Assembly (NCBI GenBank): GCA_044341105.1
Contig: JBIISI010000003.1
Coordinates: 1 to 50,918, forward strand
Origin: Rickettsiales bacterium
GTDB taxonomy: Bacteria > Pseudomonadota > Alphaproteobacteria > Rickettsiales > UBA3002
Direction: 5' to 3'
Length of the DNA stretch: 50,918 nucleotides
Below the pieces are notes generated by a model. That model had not been told where the DNA came from, did no database searches, and saw only the letters and a list, made by a program, of their open reading frames with translations. Of this stretch, positions 27,502-37,761 are shown piece after piece. The stretch's first letter is position 1. Every line of letters starts with the position of its first letter. The translations under genes were made by a program, and so were the position numbers.

Positions 27502-28509
27502 CTAGATTTCGGTTTTCAGCCCGAAATTATGCTGCGCTTCGATCCAGCGCACGGTGCCGGTTTTGCTGCGCATGACGAGGCTGTGCGTACTCGCACCGCC
27601 GCTCCAACGCTTCACGCCCTTCAGCATGCTGCCATCGGTCACGCCGGTGGCGGCGAACATCACGTCGCCCTTGGCCATATCGAGGATGGTGTATTTGCGG
27701 CTGAAATCGGTGATGCCCATGCGCTGGGCGCGTTCTTTCTGTTCGTCTTCGCCGTCGAACAGCAGGCGGCCCTGCATCTGCCCGCCGATGCTGCGTAGCG
27801 CCGCGGCAGCCAGCACGCCTTCCGGCGCGCCGCCGGTGCCGAGATAGAGATCGACGCCGGTGCTGGCGGTGGCGGTGGCGATTACGCCGGCCACGTCGCC
27901 ATCGGGAATGAGTTGCACGCGCGCGCCCGCTTCGCGCAGCTGCGCGATTTTTTCTTCGTGGCGCGGACGGTTCAAGATGATGACCGTAAGCTCGCTCACG
28001 TCGCGGCCTTTCGCTTTGGCGAGGTTCGTGAGGTTCACCTTCACGCTGTTATCGAGATCGACCACGCCTTCGGGCAGGCCGCCGCCCACAGCGATTTTGT
28101 CCATATAGACATCCGGCGCATGCAGGAAGCCGCCATGTTCGGCCATGGCCAGCACGGCCAGCGAATTGGGCCCCGCCGTGGCGCAGATGGTGGTGCCCTC
28201 CAGCGGGTCGAGCGCGATGTCGATGCGCGGGCCGGTGCCGGTGCCGACTTTCTCGCCGATATACAGCATCGGCGCTTTGTCGCGCTCGCCCTCGCCGATC
28301 ACCACCGTGCCGTCGATCGTGAGGCCATTCAGCGCTTCACGCATGGCGTTCACGGCAGCCTGGTCGGCGGCTTTCTCCTGCCCGCGGCCGATCCAGTGTG
28401 AACTGGCAAGCGCGGCGGCTTCGCTCACGCGCACGGCTTCGAGCGCGAAATTGCGATCCATGATCCATTCTTTGTTGGCGGGTTCGTTGCGGAAAGCTTG
28501 GGCGGTCAT
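27502..28509 (-). CDS. glpX: Class II fructose-1,6-bisphosphatase
   Basis: VIGEGERDKAPMLYIGE, DPLEGT, APDVYM, GGAPEGV, FAATGVTDG. Confidence 0.97.
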   Translation of the reverse strand: MTAQAFRNEPANKEWIMDRNFALEAVRVSEAAALASSHWIGRGQEKAADQAAVNAMREALNGLTIDGTVVIGEGERDKAPMLYIGEKVGTGTGPRIDIALDPLEGTTICATAGPNSLAVLAMAEHGGFLHAPDVYMDKIAVGGGLPEGVVDLDNSVKVNLTNLAKAKGRDVSELTVIILNRPRHEEKIAQLREAGARVQLIPDGDVAGVIATATASTGVDLYLGTGGAPEGVLAAAALRSIGGQMQGRLLFDGEDEQKERAQRMGITDFSRKYTILDMAKGDVMFAATGVTDGSMLKGVKRWSGGASTHSLVMRSKTGTVRWIEAQHNFGLKTEI

Positions 28510-28518
28510 AATAGGCTC

Positions 28519-29802
28519 CTACGATTCGATGCGCAGCACCACCGGCGGTTCGACGCTGATGGGCAGTTGGGCGATGGCGCTGGCCGCACGGGCCATGGCA
28601 CCTTCGCTGGTGGTGTGGGTGATGACGATGACCTGCGCCGAATGATCGGCCAGCACAGCGCGCTGGGTGATGGAATGCACCGAGATCTGTTCGACTGCAA
28701 ACGCGCGGGTGATCTCGGCCAGCACGCCCGGCTCGTCTTTCAGGCTGAGGCGCAGGTAGAACGCGCCGGGCAGCTCGGCCATATCGGCCGGGGCGGCCTT
28801 GGTGAGGTTGGCGGAGGCGACGGTGAAGGCCGGGTAGCGGTCGCCACGGGCGATGGCGATCACGTCGGCGACGATGGCGGAAGCGGTTGGCCCGCCGCCT
28901 GCGCCGCGCCCCTCGAACACCACGCGGCCCACTGCGCTGCCTTCGACCTGCACGGCGTTGAACGCGCCATCGACCGCAGCCAGCGGCGCGCTGTGCGGCA
29001 CGAGGCACGGGCTCACGCGCTGCAGCAACGTGCCGTTCTGAAGCGCCGCGATGCCGAGCAGTTTGATGCGGTAGCCGAAGCCGGCCGCGCAGTCGATATC
29101 GCGCAGGGAAATGCGGCGAATGCCTTCGATCTGCATGGAAGCCACATCGACCTGCGTGCCGAATGCCAGCGCGGCGAGGATGGAGACTTTGTGCGCGGTG
29201 TCGATGCCGTCGACATCGAAGCTGGGATCGGCTTCGGCGTAGCCGAGCTTCTGGGCGTCGGCCAGCACTTCGCCGAAGTCGCGCCGCTCGCGCTCCATGG
29301 TGGTGAGGATGTAGTTGCAGGTGCCGTTCAGGATGCCCGCCACGCGGGTGATTTCGTTGGCAGCAAGCCCCGAACGCAGCGCCGCGATGATGGGAATGCC
29401 CCCCGCCACCGCTGCTTCAAACGCCAGCACAACCCCTTTGGCCTCGGCCGCTTCGGCCAGTTGCTGGCCGTGATGGGCGATGAGCGCCTTGTTCGCCGTG
29501 ACGACATGCTTGCCATGGGCGATGGCCTGCTCGACCACCTCGCGGGCGATGCCTTCGGCCCCGCCGATCACTTCGACCACAATGTCGATCGCCGGATCGC
29601 TCGCCAGTGCACGTGCGTCTTCAACGATGCGAATGCCACTCAGGTCACAGTCGCGCTTCTTGCCCGTGTCGCGCATGCTGACGGCGACCACCTCGCAGAC
29701 AACACCGGCGCGCGCCGCAATCTGCGCCGCATTGCTGCGCAGCAATTGCACCGTGCCCGCACCGACCGTGCCTAGCCCGGCAATACCAATCTTCACACTC
29801 AT
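28519..29802 (-). CDS. hom: Homoserine dehydrogenase
   Basis: MSVKIGIAGLGTVG, VVTANKA, EAAVAGGIP, GILNGTCNY, C-terminal ACT domain; true start 29802. Confidence 0.97.
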   Translation of the reverse strand: MSVKIGIAGLGTVGAGTVQLLRSNAAQIAARAGVVCEVVAVSMRDTGKKRDCDLSGIRIVEDARALASDPAIDIVVEVIGGAEGIAREVVEQAIAHGKHVVTANKALIAHHGQQLAEAAEAKGVVLAFEAAVAGGIPIIAALRSGLAANEITRVAGILNGTCNYILTTMERERRDFGEVLADAQKLGYAEADPSFDVDGIDTAHKVSILAALAFGTQVDVASMQIEGIRRISLRDIDCAAGFGYRIKLLGIAALQNGTLLQRVSPCLVPHSAPLAAVDGAFNAVQVEGSAVGRVVFEGRGAGGGPTASAIVADVIAIARGDRYPAFTVASANLTKAAPADMAELPGAFYLRLSLKDEPGVLAEITRAFAVEQISVHSITQRAVLADHSAQVIVITHTTSEGAMARAASAIAQLPISVEPPVVLRIES

Positions 29803-31010
29803 GCCGCCTCGCGCAGTTGCTTTTTCATGCTCTCGGCATCTTTCGCCATGAAAGCTTTGATGTTGCGCACGGCCTGGCGCAGGCGATGTTTGTTTTCCAC
29901 CAGCGCGATGCGCACATACTGGTCGCCATATTCCCCGAAGCCGATGCCGGGGGCGACGGCCACTTCGGCCTGATCGAGCAGCAGCTTGGCGAATTCGAAA
30001 CTGCCCAGCTCGGCATATTGTTCGGGCAGTTTCGCCCAGATGAACATGCTGGCTTTCGGCTCGGCCACCGGCCAGCCCGCGGCGTGCAGGCCCTTCACCA
30101 GAATATCGCGGCGCTCTTTGTACAGGGCGCGCAGTTCGTCGATCGAATCCTGCGGGCCGTTCAGCGCCGCCACCGCCGCCGCCTGAATCGGCGTGAAGGT
30201 GCCGTAATCGAGGTAGGATTTGATGCGCGTGAGCGCGTGGATGAGGGTTTTGTTGCCCGCTGCAAACCCCACGCGCCAACCGGCCATGGAATAGGTTTTG
30301 CTCATGCTGGTGAATTCGATGGCGATGTCTTTCGCGCCCGGCACCTGCAAAATGGAAGGCGGCGGGTTGCCGTCGAAATAAATCTCGCAATAGGCGAGGT
30401 CGGAGATGATGTAGACACCGTAGGCGGTGCACATTTCGACAAGCCGCGCGTAGAAATCGAGATCGACCACTTCGGCGGTGGGGTTGCCGGGGAAATTCAC
30501 GATCACGGCCACCGGCTTGGGTGCCTGGTTCTTGATCGCGCGCTCGAGCAGGTCGAAGAAATCGGCGCCATCGGTCATGGCCAAATAGCGCACGGTGGCG
30601 CCGGAAATGACGGGGCCATAGGCGTGGATGGGGTAGCACGGATTGGGGGTCACGATCACGTCGCCGGGGCCGGTGATGGCCTGCACGAGATTGGCCAGCC
30701 CCTCTTTGCTGCCGATGGTGGTGATGACCTCCGCATCGGGGTCGAGATCGACGTTGAAGCGGCGCTTGTAGTAAGCCGCCTGCGCACGGCGCAGCCCGGC
30801 AATGCCGCGCGACACGGAATAGCCGTGCGCAGTTTCATCGCCCGCCACTTCGACTAGCTTTTTGATGACATGCGGCGGCGGCGGCGTATCGGGATTGCCC
30901 ATGCCGAGATCGATAATGTCGCGCCCCTGCGCCCGGTGGGCTGCTTTGATTTTATTGACCTCCGCGAACACATAAGGCGGCAGGCGTTTAATACGGTAGA
31001 ATTCTTCCAT
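29799..31010 (-). CDS. PLP-dependent class I/II aminotransferase (AlaC/LL-DAP-like)
   Basis: RIKRLPPYVF, GMGNPD, GSKEG, NFPGNPT, DLAY, SMSKTYSMAGWRVG. Confidence 0.93.
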   Translation of the reverse strand: MEEFYRIKRLPPYVFAEVNKIKAAHRAQGRDIIDLGMGNPDTPPPPHVIKKLVEVAGDETAHGYSVSRGIAGLRRAQAAYYKRRFNVDLDPDAEVITTIGSKEGLANLVQAITGPGDVIVTPNPCYPIHAYGPVISGATVRYLAMTDGADFFDLLERAIKNQAPKPVAVIVNFPGNPTAEVVDLDFYARLVEMCTAYGVYIISDLAYCEIYFDGNPPPSILQVPGAKDIAIEFTSMSKTYSMAGWRVGFAAGNKTLIHALTRIKSYLDYGTFTPIQAAAVAALNGPQDSIDELRALYKERRDILVKGLHAAGWPVAEPKASMFIWAKLPEQYAELGSFEFAKLLLDQAEVAVAPGIGFGEYGDQYVRIALVENKHRLRQAVRNIKAFMAKDAESMKKQLREAA

Positions 31011-31064
31011 GGGTGCGACGCAATCGTAAGTTAAGCGCCCACCTTAAACGGCAGCCGCCCGAAG

Positions 31065-32018
31065 TCAACGGCGATAGCTGGAATAGCGCGAACTGGGCAG
31101 GTAGGCCTGTGAACTGGCGTAATAGGTCGCCGGGGGCGTGAGGGTGATGGGCGCGCTGCTTTCCGCACTGGCCATTGGGTTGAAGCTGCCGCTTCCCGTG
31201 CTCGCTACCGAAACCGGTGCGGGCGCGGCGGGCGGGGCCTGCAAGCGAATGGGGGCAGCCGCCACGGCGGGTTGCGGCTGGCCCATGGGCATGCTGTCCA
31301 TCGCGATGGGTGCCGGGCCGGTGGCGATGGGTGCGGCCGTCGCCACAACGGGCATGGGCGGCGGGGGCGGCAACACCGGTGCCGCGGCGATGGTGAGCGC
31401 CATCACCGGCGCCTGGGCCACGGGGGCCACCGGCACGGTGCGCTGGCTGCTGGGGCCGGGCGCAACGGGTGCGGGCGGCGGGGCAGGCATGTCGGAAAGC
31501 AGCGATGGCTCCGCCGCCGCGTCGCGGTTCAGCTGGGCTTTGGCGGCCTCCGATGCCGCGCGCTCCTGCTCAAGGCGCAGGCGCTCTTCGTTCAGGCGGG
31601 CCGCGGTTTTTGCATCGCCACTGGCGGGGGCGGTCTTCGGCACATCGTGCAGCGAGGGGTAATCGCCCATCGCAACGGTCATGTTTTCTTCCGGCACGTT
31701 GCGTGCATCGTCGATGCGCTGCGCGGCCATGCGCTGCACGGCAGGGTCAACCGGCGGCAGATCCATGGTGGCGATGGGGGTGGGTGCGGGTGCTGCCTCG
31801 ACCACGGGCATGGGGGCGGCTTGCGAAACCCGGGCGGGCGCTGGCGCAGCCTGTTGTGCCCCCGTGCCGCCGGGGTTGTTGATCGGCGAGCGCACATCGC
31901 CCAGCACAATATTATGGCGCGGCTCGCTGGGATTATCGGGAATGAACAGCGCGCAGGCCGAAGCGAGCGCGAGAGCGACTAATGGCGAGAAGCGGCGAAC
32001 CGAACCGAGATAACGCAT
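31065..32018 (-). CDS. Pro/Ala-rich lipoprotein
   Basis: MRYLGSVRRFSPLVALALASAC lipobox; YPSLHDVP plus coiled coil; low complexity. Confidence 0.7.
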   Translation of the reverse strand: MRYLGSVRRFSPLVALALASACALFIPDNPSEPRHNIVLGDVRSPINNPGGTGAQQAAPAPARVSQAAPMPVVEAAPAPTPIATMDLPPVDPAVQRMAAQRIDDARNVPEENMTVAMGDYPSLHDVPKTAPASGDAKTAARLNEERLRLEQERAASEAAKAQLNRDAAAEPSLLSDMPAPPPAPVAPGPSSQRTVPVAPVAQAPVMALTIAAAPVLPPPPPMPVVATAAPIATGPAPIAMDSMPMGQPQPAVAAAPIRLQAPPAAPAPVSVASTGSGSFNPMASAESSAPITLTPPATYYASSQAYLPSSRYSSYRR

Positions 32019-32162
32019 GACTTGCCCACGATTTTTTATGTTATTGAAGTGCGTGTTACGTGGCACGCTAAAGCGCAATGCCGCGTTTGTCCAGCGCGCG
32101 CTCGGGAAAAGATTTTTTGGCGGAAATCCGCGTTGTCTTATGGGGATAAGCCCGCTATAGCC

Positions 32163-33974
32163 ATGCCCATGGCCACGAAAAAACCCAGCACCCCCACCGC
32201 CCCTGCCGACACCCAGCCGGTCGATGCCCATAAGCTGACCGAGAACATGGCCCGCGCGGGCGAATTGTGGAGCAAAATCCTGCAGGGCATCAGCGCCCAG
32301 CAACTGAACAACGCACCGAAGCTCGGCCATTCCGACCCGGTGAGCCTGGCCGAATCCATGCTGCACACCCTGCGCCATGTGCAGGTCGATCCGCAGGCCA
32401 TGTTCCATGCGCAGATGGGGCTGCTCGGCGACCACCTGAAATTATGGCAGAGCATGACCGGCAAATTGCTGGGCAAATCGAGCAGCGATTTTATCGAAGC
32501 CGCACCGAAAGACCGCCGCTTCAGCGACGCGGTGTGGGCCAGCAACCCCATGTTCGATTACATGAAGCAAAGCTACCTGCTGAACGCCCGCCACGCCATG
32601 GAAGGGCTGGGCGCGATCAAGGGGCTCGACGAGCACACCGCGCGCAAGCTGAACTTTTTCACCCGCCAATGGGTCGATGCGCTGTCGCCCAGCAACTCGC
32701 TGCTGACCAACCCCGAGGCCATGCGCCGCGCGCTGGAAAGCAATGGCGACACGCTGGTGAAGGGGCTTGAGCAATTGCTGAAAGACGTGGAGCGGGGCCG
32801 CATTTCGATGACCGATGAAAGCGCCTTCACGCTCGGCAAAGACATTGCCGCCACCCCCGGCAGCGTGGTGTTTGAAAATGAGTTGATGCAGCTCATCCAA
32901 TACGAGGCGAGCACGGCGCAGGTGCACGAAATCCCGCTGCTGCTGGTGCCAGCATGGATCAACAAATATTACGTGCTCGACCTGAAGCCCGAGAATTCGC
33001 TGGTGAAATGGCTGACCGCGCAGGGCTTCACGGTGTTCGTGGTGTCGTGGGTGAACCCCGATGCGAAACTGGGCCGCAAGCGCTTCGACGATTACCTGCT
33101 GGAAGGGCCGCTCGCCGCGCTCGATGTGATCGAACAGATCACCAAAACCAAACAGACCGCGCTGGTGGGCTATTGCCTTGGCGGCACGCTGAGCGCTATT
33201 ACCCTCGCCTACCTGCGCGCCATGGGGCAGGCGCAGCGCGTGGCGAGCGTGACCTACCTCACCACGCTGGTCGATTTCGCCGAAGCGGGCGATCTCAGCG
33301 TATTCATCGACGACACGCAGCTCGATGCGCTGGAAGCGCGCATGAGCGAGCGCGGCTATCTCGATGGCGCCGACATGGCGACGACGTTCAACATGCTGCG
33401 CGCGAACGATTTGATCTGGAGCAACGTGGTGAATAACTACCTGCTCGGCAAACAGCCCTTCCCGTTCGACCTGCTCTATTGGAACGCCGACGCGACGCGC
33501 ATGCCTGCTACCATGCATGCGTTTTACCTGCGCCACATGTATCAGCGCAACGACCTGATTAAACCGAACGGCATCGCGCTGTGCGACGTGCCGATCAACC
33601 TCAGCAAAATCACCACGCCGACCTATATCCTCGCCACCCGCGAAGACCATATCGCGCCGTGGAAATCGACCTACATCGCGACCCAGACCTACGACGCGGA
33701 TATCACCTTCACGCTGGCCGATTCGGGCCATATCGCCGGGGTGATTAACCCGCCGCAGAAAAAGAAATACGGGTACTGGACGAGCAGCCACCTGCCACCG
33801 AAAGCTGATGACTGGCTGGCCGAAACGAACGAACAGCCGGGCAGCTGGTGGCCGCACTGGGCGGCGTGGCAGGCCAAACGCGCCGGCAAAAAACTGCCCG
33901 CGCGCAACGTGGGCAGCACCAAACACAAACCCATCGAAAAAGCCCCCGGCAGATACGCCAAGGCGCGCAGCTAG
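32163..33974 (+). CDS. phaC: Class I poly(3-hydroxyalkanoate) synthase
   Basis: DRRF, ATPGSVV, PAWINKYYVLDL, lipase box GYCLGG, DHIAPW, SGHIAG, GSWWPHW. Confidence 0.97.
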   Translation: MPMATKKPSTPTAPADTQPVDAHKLTENMARAGELWSKILQGISAQQLNNAPKLGHSDPVSLAESMLHTLRHVQVDPQAMFHAQMGLLGDHLKLWQSMTGKLLGKSSSDFIEAAPKDRRFSDAVWASNPMFDYMKQSYLLNARHAMEGLGAIKGLDEHTARKLNFFTRQWVDALSPSNSLLTNPEAMRRALESNGDTLVKGLEQLLKDVERGRISMTDESAFTLGKDIAATPGSVVFENELMQLIQYEASTAQVHEIPLLLVPAWINKYYVLDLKPENSLVKWLTAQGFTVFVVSWVNPDAKLGRKRFDDYLLEGPLAALDVIEQITKTKQTALVGYCLGGTLSAITLAYLRAMGQAQRVASVTYLTTLVDFAEAGDLSVFIDDTQLDALEARMSERGYLDGADMATTFNMLRANDLIWSNVVNNYLLGKQPFPFDLLYWNADATRMPATMHAFYLRHMYQRNDLIKPNGIALCDVPINLSKITTPTYILATREDHIAPWKSTYIATQTYDADITFTLADSGHIAGVINPPQKKKYGYWTSSHLPPKADDWLAETNEQPGSWWPHWAAWQAKRAGKKLPARNVGSTKHKPIEKAPGRYAKARS

Positions 33975-34966
33975 CGCTTCAGTTCATTCGCCGTGGCGGC
34001 GCATTTCAGCACCGCGTTCATGCGCTGCGTTTCATGCACGCGCGGGGTAGGCACTTCCTTCACATGCATCGCCATGGCGTGCAGCACGCGATCGGCTTCG
34101 CTGCCCGGCGCGGCGAGAATGTGGTTGCCCTGCCATTGCACCGCATCCTTCGCCAATACCGGATGCGCCGTGCGCAGGTGGGTGCGGATATCGCTGAGGC
34201 TAACATCGTCGTGGTTGGGCAGCAGCACATAGCGGTGCTGCCCCTGCTGGTGGCCATGGCGCAGCAGGGTAAATTCCGCTGCCGCATGGTTCGGCAACGG
34301 CGCGGCCTGCGCCTCCTCCTGCCCTTCTTCGCACCATTCGGTGAGCTGCGCGCGGGCTTGCGCATCGAGCGTGCCTTCCTGCTGCAAGGCGCGCAACACG
34401 CCGCCACGATCCTGTTGGAAGGCGCGCTGCAATTGCGGCTTGAGCATGGCAAGCCCTCGATCGCCCACCGCTTTTTGCAACTGGTCGATGGGGATTTTAC
34501 AGTTATCGCCGCCCAGCATGCGCAGCAAATCGGTGCATTGCTGCCACTCGCTGCCTTCGCCGAAGATAGTTGAGCTGCGCCAGTTTGCATCGTGTTCGTC
34601 GCCACCCTGCGCAAGGAAAAATTCGCGCATGCCCTGCTCGCTTAGCAAGTCCATGGGCGACAGCCCACGCAAATCCGATGGCTGCACGCCATGCATGAAA
34701 CGGGCGAGATGCCGCACAAGCGCCTGCGGGCTGCTCAGCTGGCCAAGCGATCCCAGCTCGCCATGCAGTTCCGCGCATTCCGACACCAGATCGCCAAGCG
34801 CCCGGCGCATGGCCAGCATGGGGCTTGCGGCCCCCACCGCACCTCGCGCCACCATGGCGGATGCCCCACCCCCCGCCAGCATGGTGGGTGCCATGGCCGC
34901 AGCCCCCAGCCCCATGAGGGCGCGACGACGGCCATGATCGACAGGATCTTGCGGGGTGGATGCCAT
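33971..34966 (-). CDS. Hypothetical protein with twin-arginine-like N-terminus
   Basis: GRRRALMGLGAAA; TAATG coupling with upstream gene. Confidence 0.6.
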   Translation of the reverse strand: MASTPQDPVDHGRRRALMGLGAAAMAPTMLAGGGASAMVARGAVGAASPMLAMRRALGDLVSECAELHGELGSLGQLSSPQALVRHLARFMHGVQPSDLRGLSPMDLLSEQGMREFFLAQGGDEHDANWRSSTIFGEGSEWQQCTDLLRMLGGDNCKIPIDQLQKAVGDRGLAMLKPQLQRAFQQDRGGVLRALQQEGTLDAQARAQLTEWCEEGQEEAQAAPLPNHAAAEFTLLRHGHQQGQHRYVLLPNHDDVSLSDIRTHLRTAHPVLAKDAVQWQGNHILAAPGSEADRVLHAMAMHVKEVPTPRVHETQRMNAVLKCAATANELKR

Positions 34967-35967
34967 TAGAGAGCCCTTTCCATGGAACCGGTGCGCTGCG
35001 CGTCGACGCGCTCGGCGAACGAACGTGCATCGTGCTGCGCCGCGCGGCCCAGCGCTTTGACGAAGCTTTTTTGCGGCGCGGCAGCATCTTCGCGCGGGCG
35101 GTTATCGCGCGGCATAGCATCGTTCATCATGTAGGCGAGATGCGCCGGGCGCATGCGGCCATGGTTGATTTCGGTGGCGATCGCCTGCATGGCGTCCGCC
35201 ACGCCGATTTCTTCCAGCACCTGCGCCTGCTGGGTGGGGCGCATGCGCGCATAATCGGCACCGAACTGCTGCGCGATCATTGACTGCACCGACGGGTTAC
35301 CCGCCACCAGCACACTGTAAACCTGCTCTTTGGAAATGCCCCAGCCGCGCCCCATGCCGCGCTCCAGCTCGAGGATGCGATCATGCGCGGCGGCGTTGTC
35401 GAGGCCGGTTTTGCGGTCGATCGCGAATTCCAGCCCGCTATGCAGCACCAGCGAGGAGAACCCCGCAACCGACCCCATGGTGAGGAACTGCGCTACCCCG
35501 TCGAGCCCCCATGGCAGATTGGAAAAAAGCTCCTTACCCATGTCGAGGATGCCGACATTGATAAGGCCGAACGTAGCGATGGCGGCAAGCGCGCTGGTGC
35601 CGAAATTCACCCAGTTGCGATGGCTCTGCCGCTTCAGCGCCTGGTCGATCACGTCATTGGTTTTGGCCGCTTCGTGCAGGTGGCTGCGCGTGACATCGCC
35701 CGGGGCAATGCCGAACTCGCGCGCGATGTCGTCGCGGTAGAGTTCGATCATGTTGTTTTCATAGACTTCCTGCGATTTCAGGCGCATCACGCCGTTAAAC
35801 AGCGCGCCGCCGAACGCCACCACCGCCGAGGTAATCAGCGTGCTGCCGGGGGCCACCATGTTGGTGACCACGCCCGCCAGAATGACCGCCAGCGACAAAA
35901 ACCCGCGACCCAGCAAATAGGTCTTCAGGTTTTTCGCCCAGTCGTTAAATGCGTCGAACAGCCACAT
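34966..35967 (-). CDS. Hypothetical membrane protein
   Basis: Four hydrophobic segments; host-like codon usage. Confidence 0.75.
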   Translation of the reverse strand: MWLFDAFNDWAKNLKTYLLGRGFLSLAVILAGVVTNMVAPGSTLITSAVVAFGGALFNGVMRLKSQEVYENNMIELYRDDIAREFGIAPGDVTRSHLHEAAKTNDVIDQALKRQSHRNWVNFGTSALAAIATFGLINVGILDMGKELFSNLPWGLDGVAQFLTMGSVAGFSSLVLHSGLEFAIDRKTGLDNAAAHDRILELERGMGRGWGISKEQVYSVLVAGNPSVQSMIAQQFGADYARMRPTQQAQVLEEIGVADAMQAIATEINHGRMRPAHLAYMMNDAMPRDNRPREDAAAPQKSFVKALGRAAQHDARSFAERVDAQRTGSMERAL

Positions 35968-36040
35968 CGGTGCAGGAATCCTCCACCATGAAGTGTAACG
36001 TTTTGAGCGGGTTGGGAGTGTGAAGGTTTTGTGAAAAGGG

Positions 36041-36082
36041 GACTTGGGATTTAAGACTTAGGATTTAGGATTTTAGACTTAA
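36041..36082. repeat. Heptamer tandem repeat (6 x GAYTTNR)
   Basis: gacttgg gatttaa gacttag gatttag gatttta gacttaa. Confidence 0.8.
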
Positions 36083-36091
36083 TATCCAATG

Positions 36092-36622
36092 TCATAACCC
36101 CTTATAATCCTTCGCTGAATCCACGTAATTCTGGGCGCTGACGGGGATGAAATCGATCTCCGCCTGCTTCAGCGGGCGGAAGGGTTTGGCGGGGTTGCCC
36201 GCCCACATCTGGCCGGTGGGAATGGTTTTGTAGCTGGTAAGCATGGCCCCGGCGGCAAGGAACCCACCCGATTCCACCGTCGCAAAATCGAGCAGGGTGG
36301 AGCCCATGCCGATAAAGGCGTTGTCGTGGATGGTCGCTGCGTGGATGAGCACCCGGTGGCCGATGGTGATGCCCGAGCCAATGCTGGTCGGCCCGGTTTT
36401 GCGGGTGACGTGGATGACGGTGCCATCCTGGATATTGGTGCGCGCGCCGATGCGGATGCTGTTCACGTCGCCGCGAATGACGCAGCCGAACCAGACGGAG
36501 CTTTCCGCGCCGATATGCACGTCGCCGATCACCACCGCGCCGGGGGCGATGAACGCATCCGGGTGGATGGTGGGGTGAATGCCGAGATACGGCAGGATGA
36601 TGGCGCCGGGATGGGTTTGCAT
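36092..36622 (-). CDS. Gamma carbonic anhydrase family protein
   Basis: Hexapeptide repeats, VIRGDVN, TNIQDGTVIH, TIGH, GNPAK. Confidence 0.95.
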   Translation of the reverse strand: MQTHPGAIILPYLGIHPTIHPDAFIAPGAVVIGDVHIGAESSVWFGCVIRGDVNSIRIGARTNIQDGTVIHVTRKTGPTSIGSGITIGHRVLIHAATIHDNAFIGMGSTLLDFATVESGGFLAAGAMLTSYKTIPTGQMWAGNPAKPFRPLKQAEIDFIPVSAQNYVDSAKDYKGL

Positions 36623-36631
36623 GCGCTAGAG

Positions 36632-37675
36632 TTAGGGGAAAACGGCGGTGAGTTCAAGGTTGGTGGTTTCCGCCGCGCCCACCATGAGGTTGGCGTTCTG
36701 CAAGGCCTGGCCCGAGGCGCCCTTCACGAGGTTGTCGATCACCGAGACGATGATGAGCTCGCCCGCGCGGCGACCGGCATGCAGGCCCATGAAACACTGG
36801 TTGGTGCCGCGCACTTCGTGCGTGCGCGGGCTGCCTTCGGCCAGCACGGTGACGAAGGGTTCGTTGGCATAAGCCGCCTGCAGCAGGCTGTGCGCATCGG
36901 CAGCGGTTTTGCCCTCGGCCAGCTGCACATGGATGGTGCTGAGCATGCCGCGCGTGAACGGCACCAGATGCGGGGTAAAGGAGATGGTGAGGGGCGTGCC
37001 AGCTCCCTTCTGAAGCTCCTGCTCGATCTCGGCCATGTGGCGGTGGCGGCCCACGGAATAGGCCGACGCGCCGCCTTCCAGCTCATTATACAGCATCTCC
37101 TGCTTCACGCTGCGGCCCGCACCGGACACGCCGGACATGGAATCGACCGTGATCGTGTCGGGCTGCACCAGCCCGGCCTTCACCAGCGGCAGCAGCGGCA
37201 GCAGGATGCTGGTGGGGTAGCAGCCGGGATTGGCCACAAGGCGCGCGTCTTTGACTGCCTCGCGCGCATGTTCGGTGAGGCCATAGATGGCCCCTGCCTG
37301 CAAGGCCGTGGCGGCGTGGTCGTGGCCGTACCACTCCTTGTAGGCGGCGGGGTCGCTGAGGCGGAAATCGGCCGAGAGATCGACGATTTTTATGTGTTCC
37401 GGCAGGCTGGCGATGATGGCTTGCGTGGTGCCGTGCGGCAGGCAGCAGAACACGAAATCAATCTGCGAAAAATCGACCTCGGTGTGCTTCACCAGCTTCG
37501 GCAGGGCGCGCGCGCGCAGGTGCGGATAGACCTGCGCCATTTCCTTACCCGCCTGGCTGTCGCCGGTGAGGGCGGTGATGTCAAAATGCGGGTGGCCATG
37601 CAGCAGCCGCAATAATTCCGCCCCGGTATAGCCGGAGGCCCCAAGGATGGCCGTGCGATGTTTTTTCTGGGTCAT
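36632..37675 (-). CDS. argC: N-acetyl-gamma-glutamyl-phosphate reductase
   Basis: GASGYTG, DLSADFRL, ANPGCYPT, SGVSGAG, DNLVKGASGQA. Confidence 0.98.
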   Translation of the reverse strand: MTQKKHRTAILGASGYTGAELLRLLHGHPHFDITALTGDSQAGKEMAQVYPHLRARALPKLVKHTEVDFSQIDFVFCCLPHGTTQAIIASLPEHIKIVDLSADFRLSDPAAYKEWYGHDHAATALQAGAIYGLTEHAREAVKDARLVANPGCYPTSILLPLLPLVKAGLVQPDTITVDSMSGVSGAGRSVKQEMLYNELEGGASAYSVGRHRHMAEIEQELQKGAGTPLTISFTPHLVPFTRGMLSTIHVQLAEGKTAADAHSLLQAAYANEPFVTVLAEGSPRTHEVRGTNQCFMGLHAGRRAGELIIVSVIDNLVKGASGQALQNANLMVGAAETTNLELTAVFP

Positions 37676-37704
37676 GGCCCACTCCTAGCAGGATTGCTGG
37701 CAAG

Positions 37705-37743
37705 AAAAAACCCCGGAAGCGCTTTCGCATTTCCGGGGTTTTT
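37705..37743 (-). terminator. Rho-independent terminator after rpsI
   Basis: aaaaaaccccggaa...ttccggggttttt. Confidence 0.8.
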
Positions 37744-37761
37744 GCGTTCGGGAAATCGCGA

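Noticed and set aside
28519-30639. 706 aa ORF suggesting an N-terminally extended homoserine dehydrogenase
   Set aside because: The extension is an alternate frame over the aminotransferase; hom starts at 29802 with an ATGA overlap
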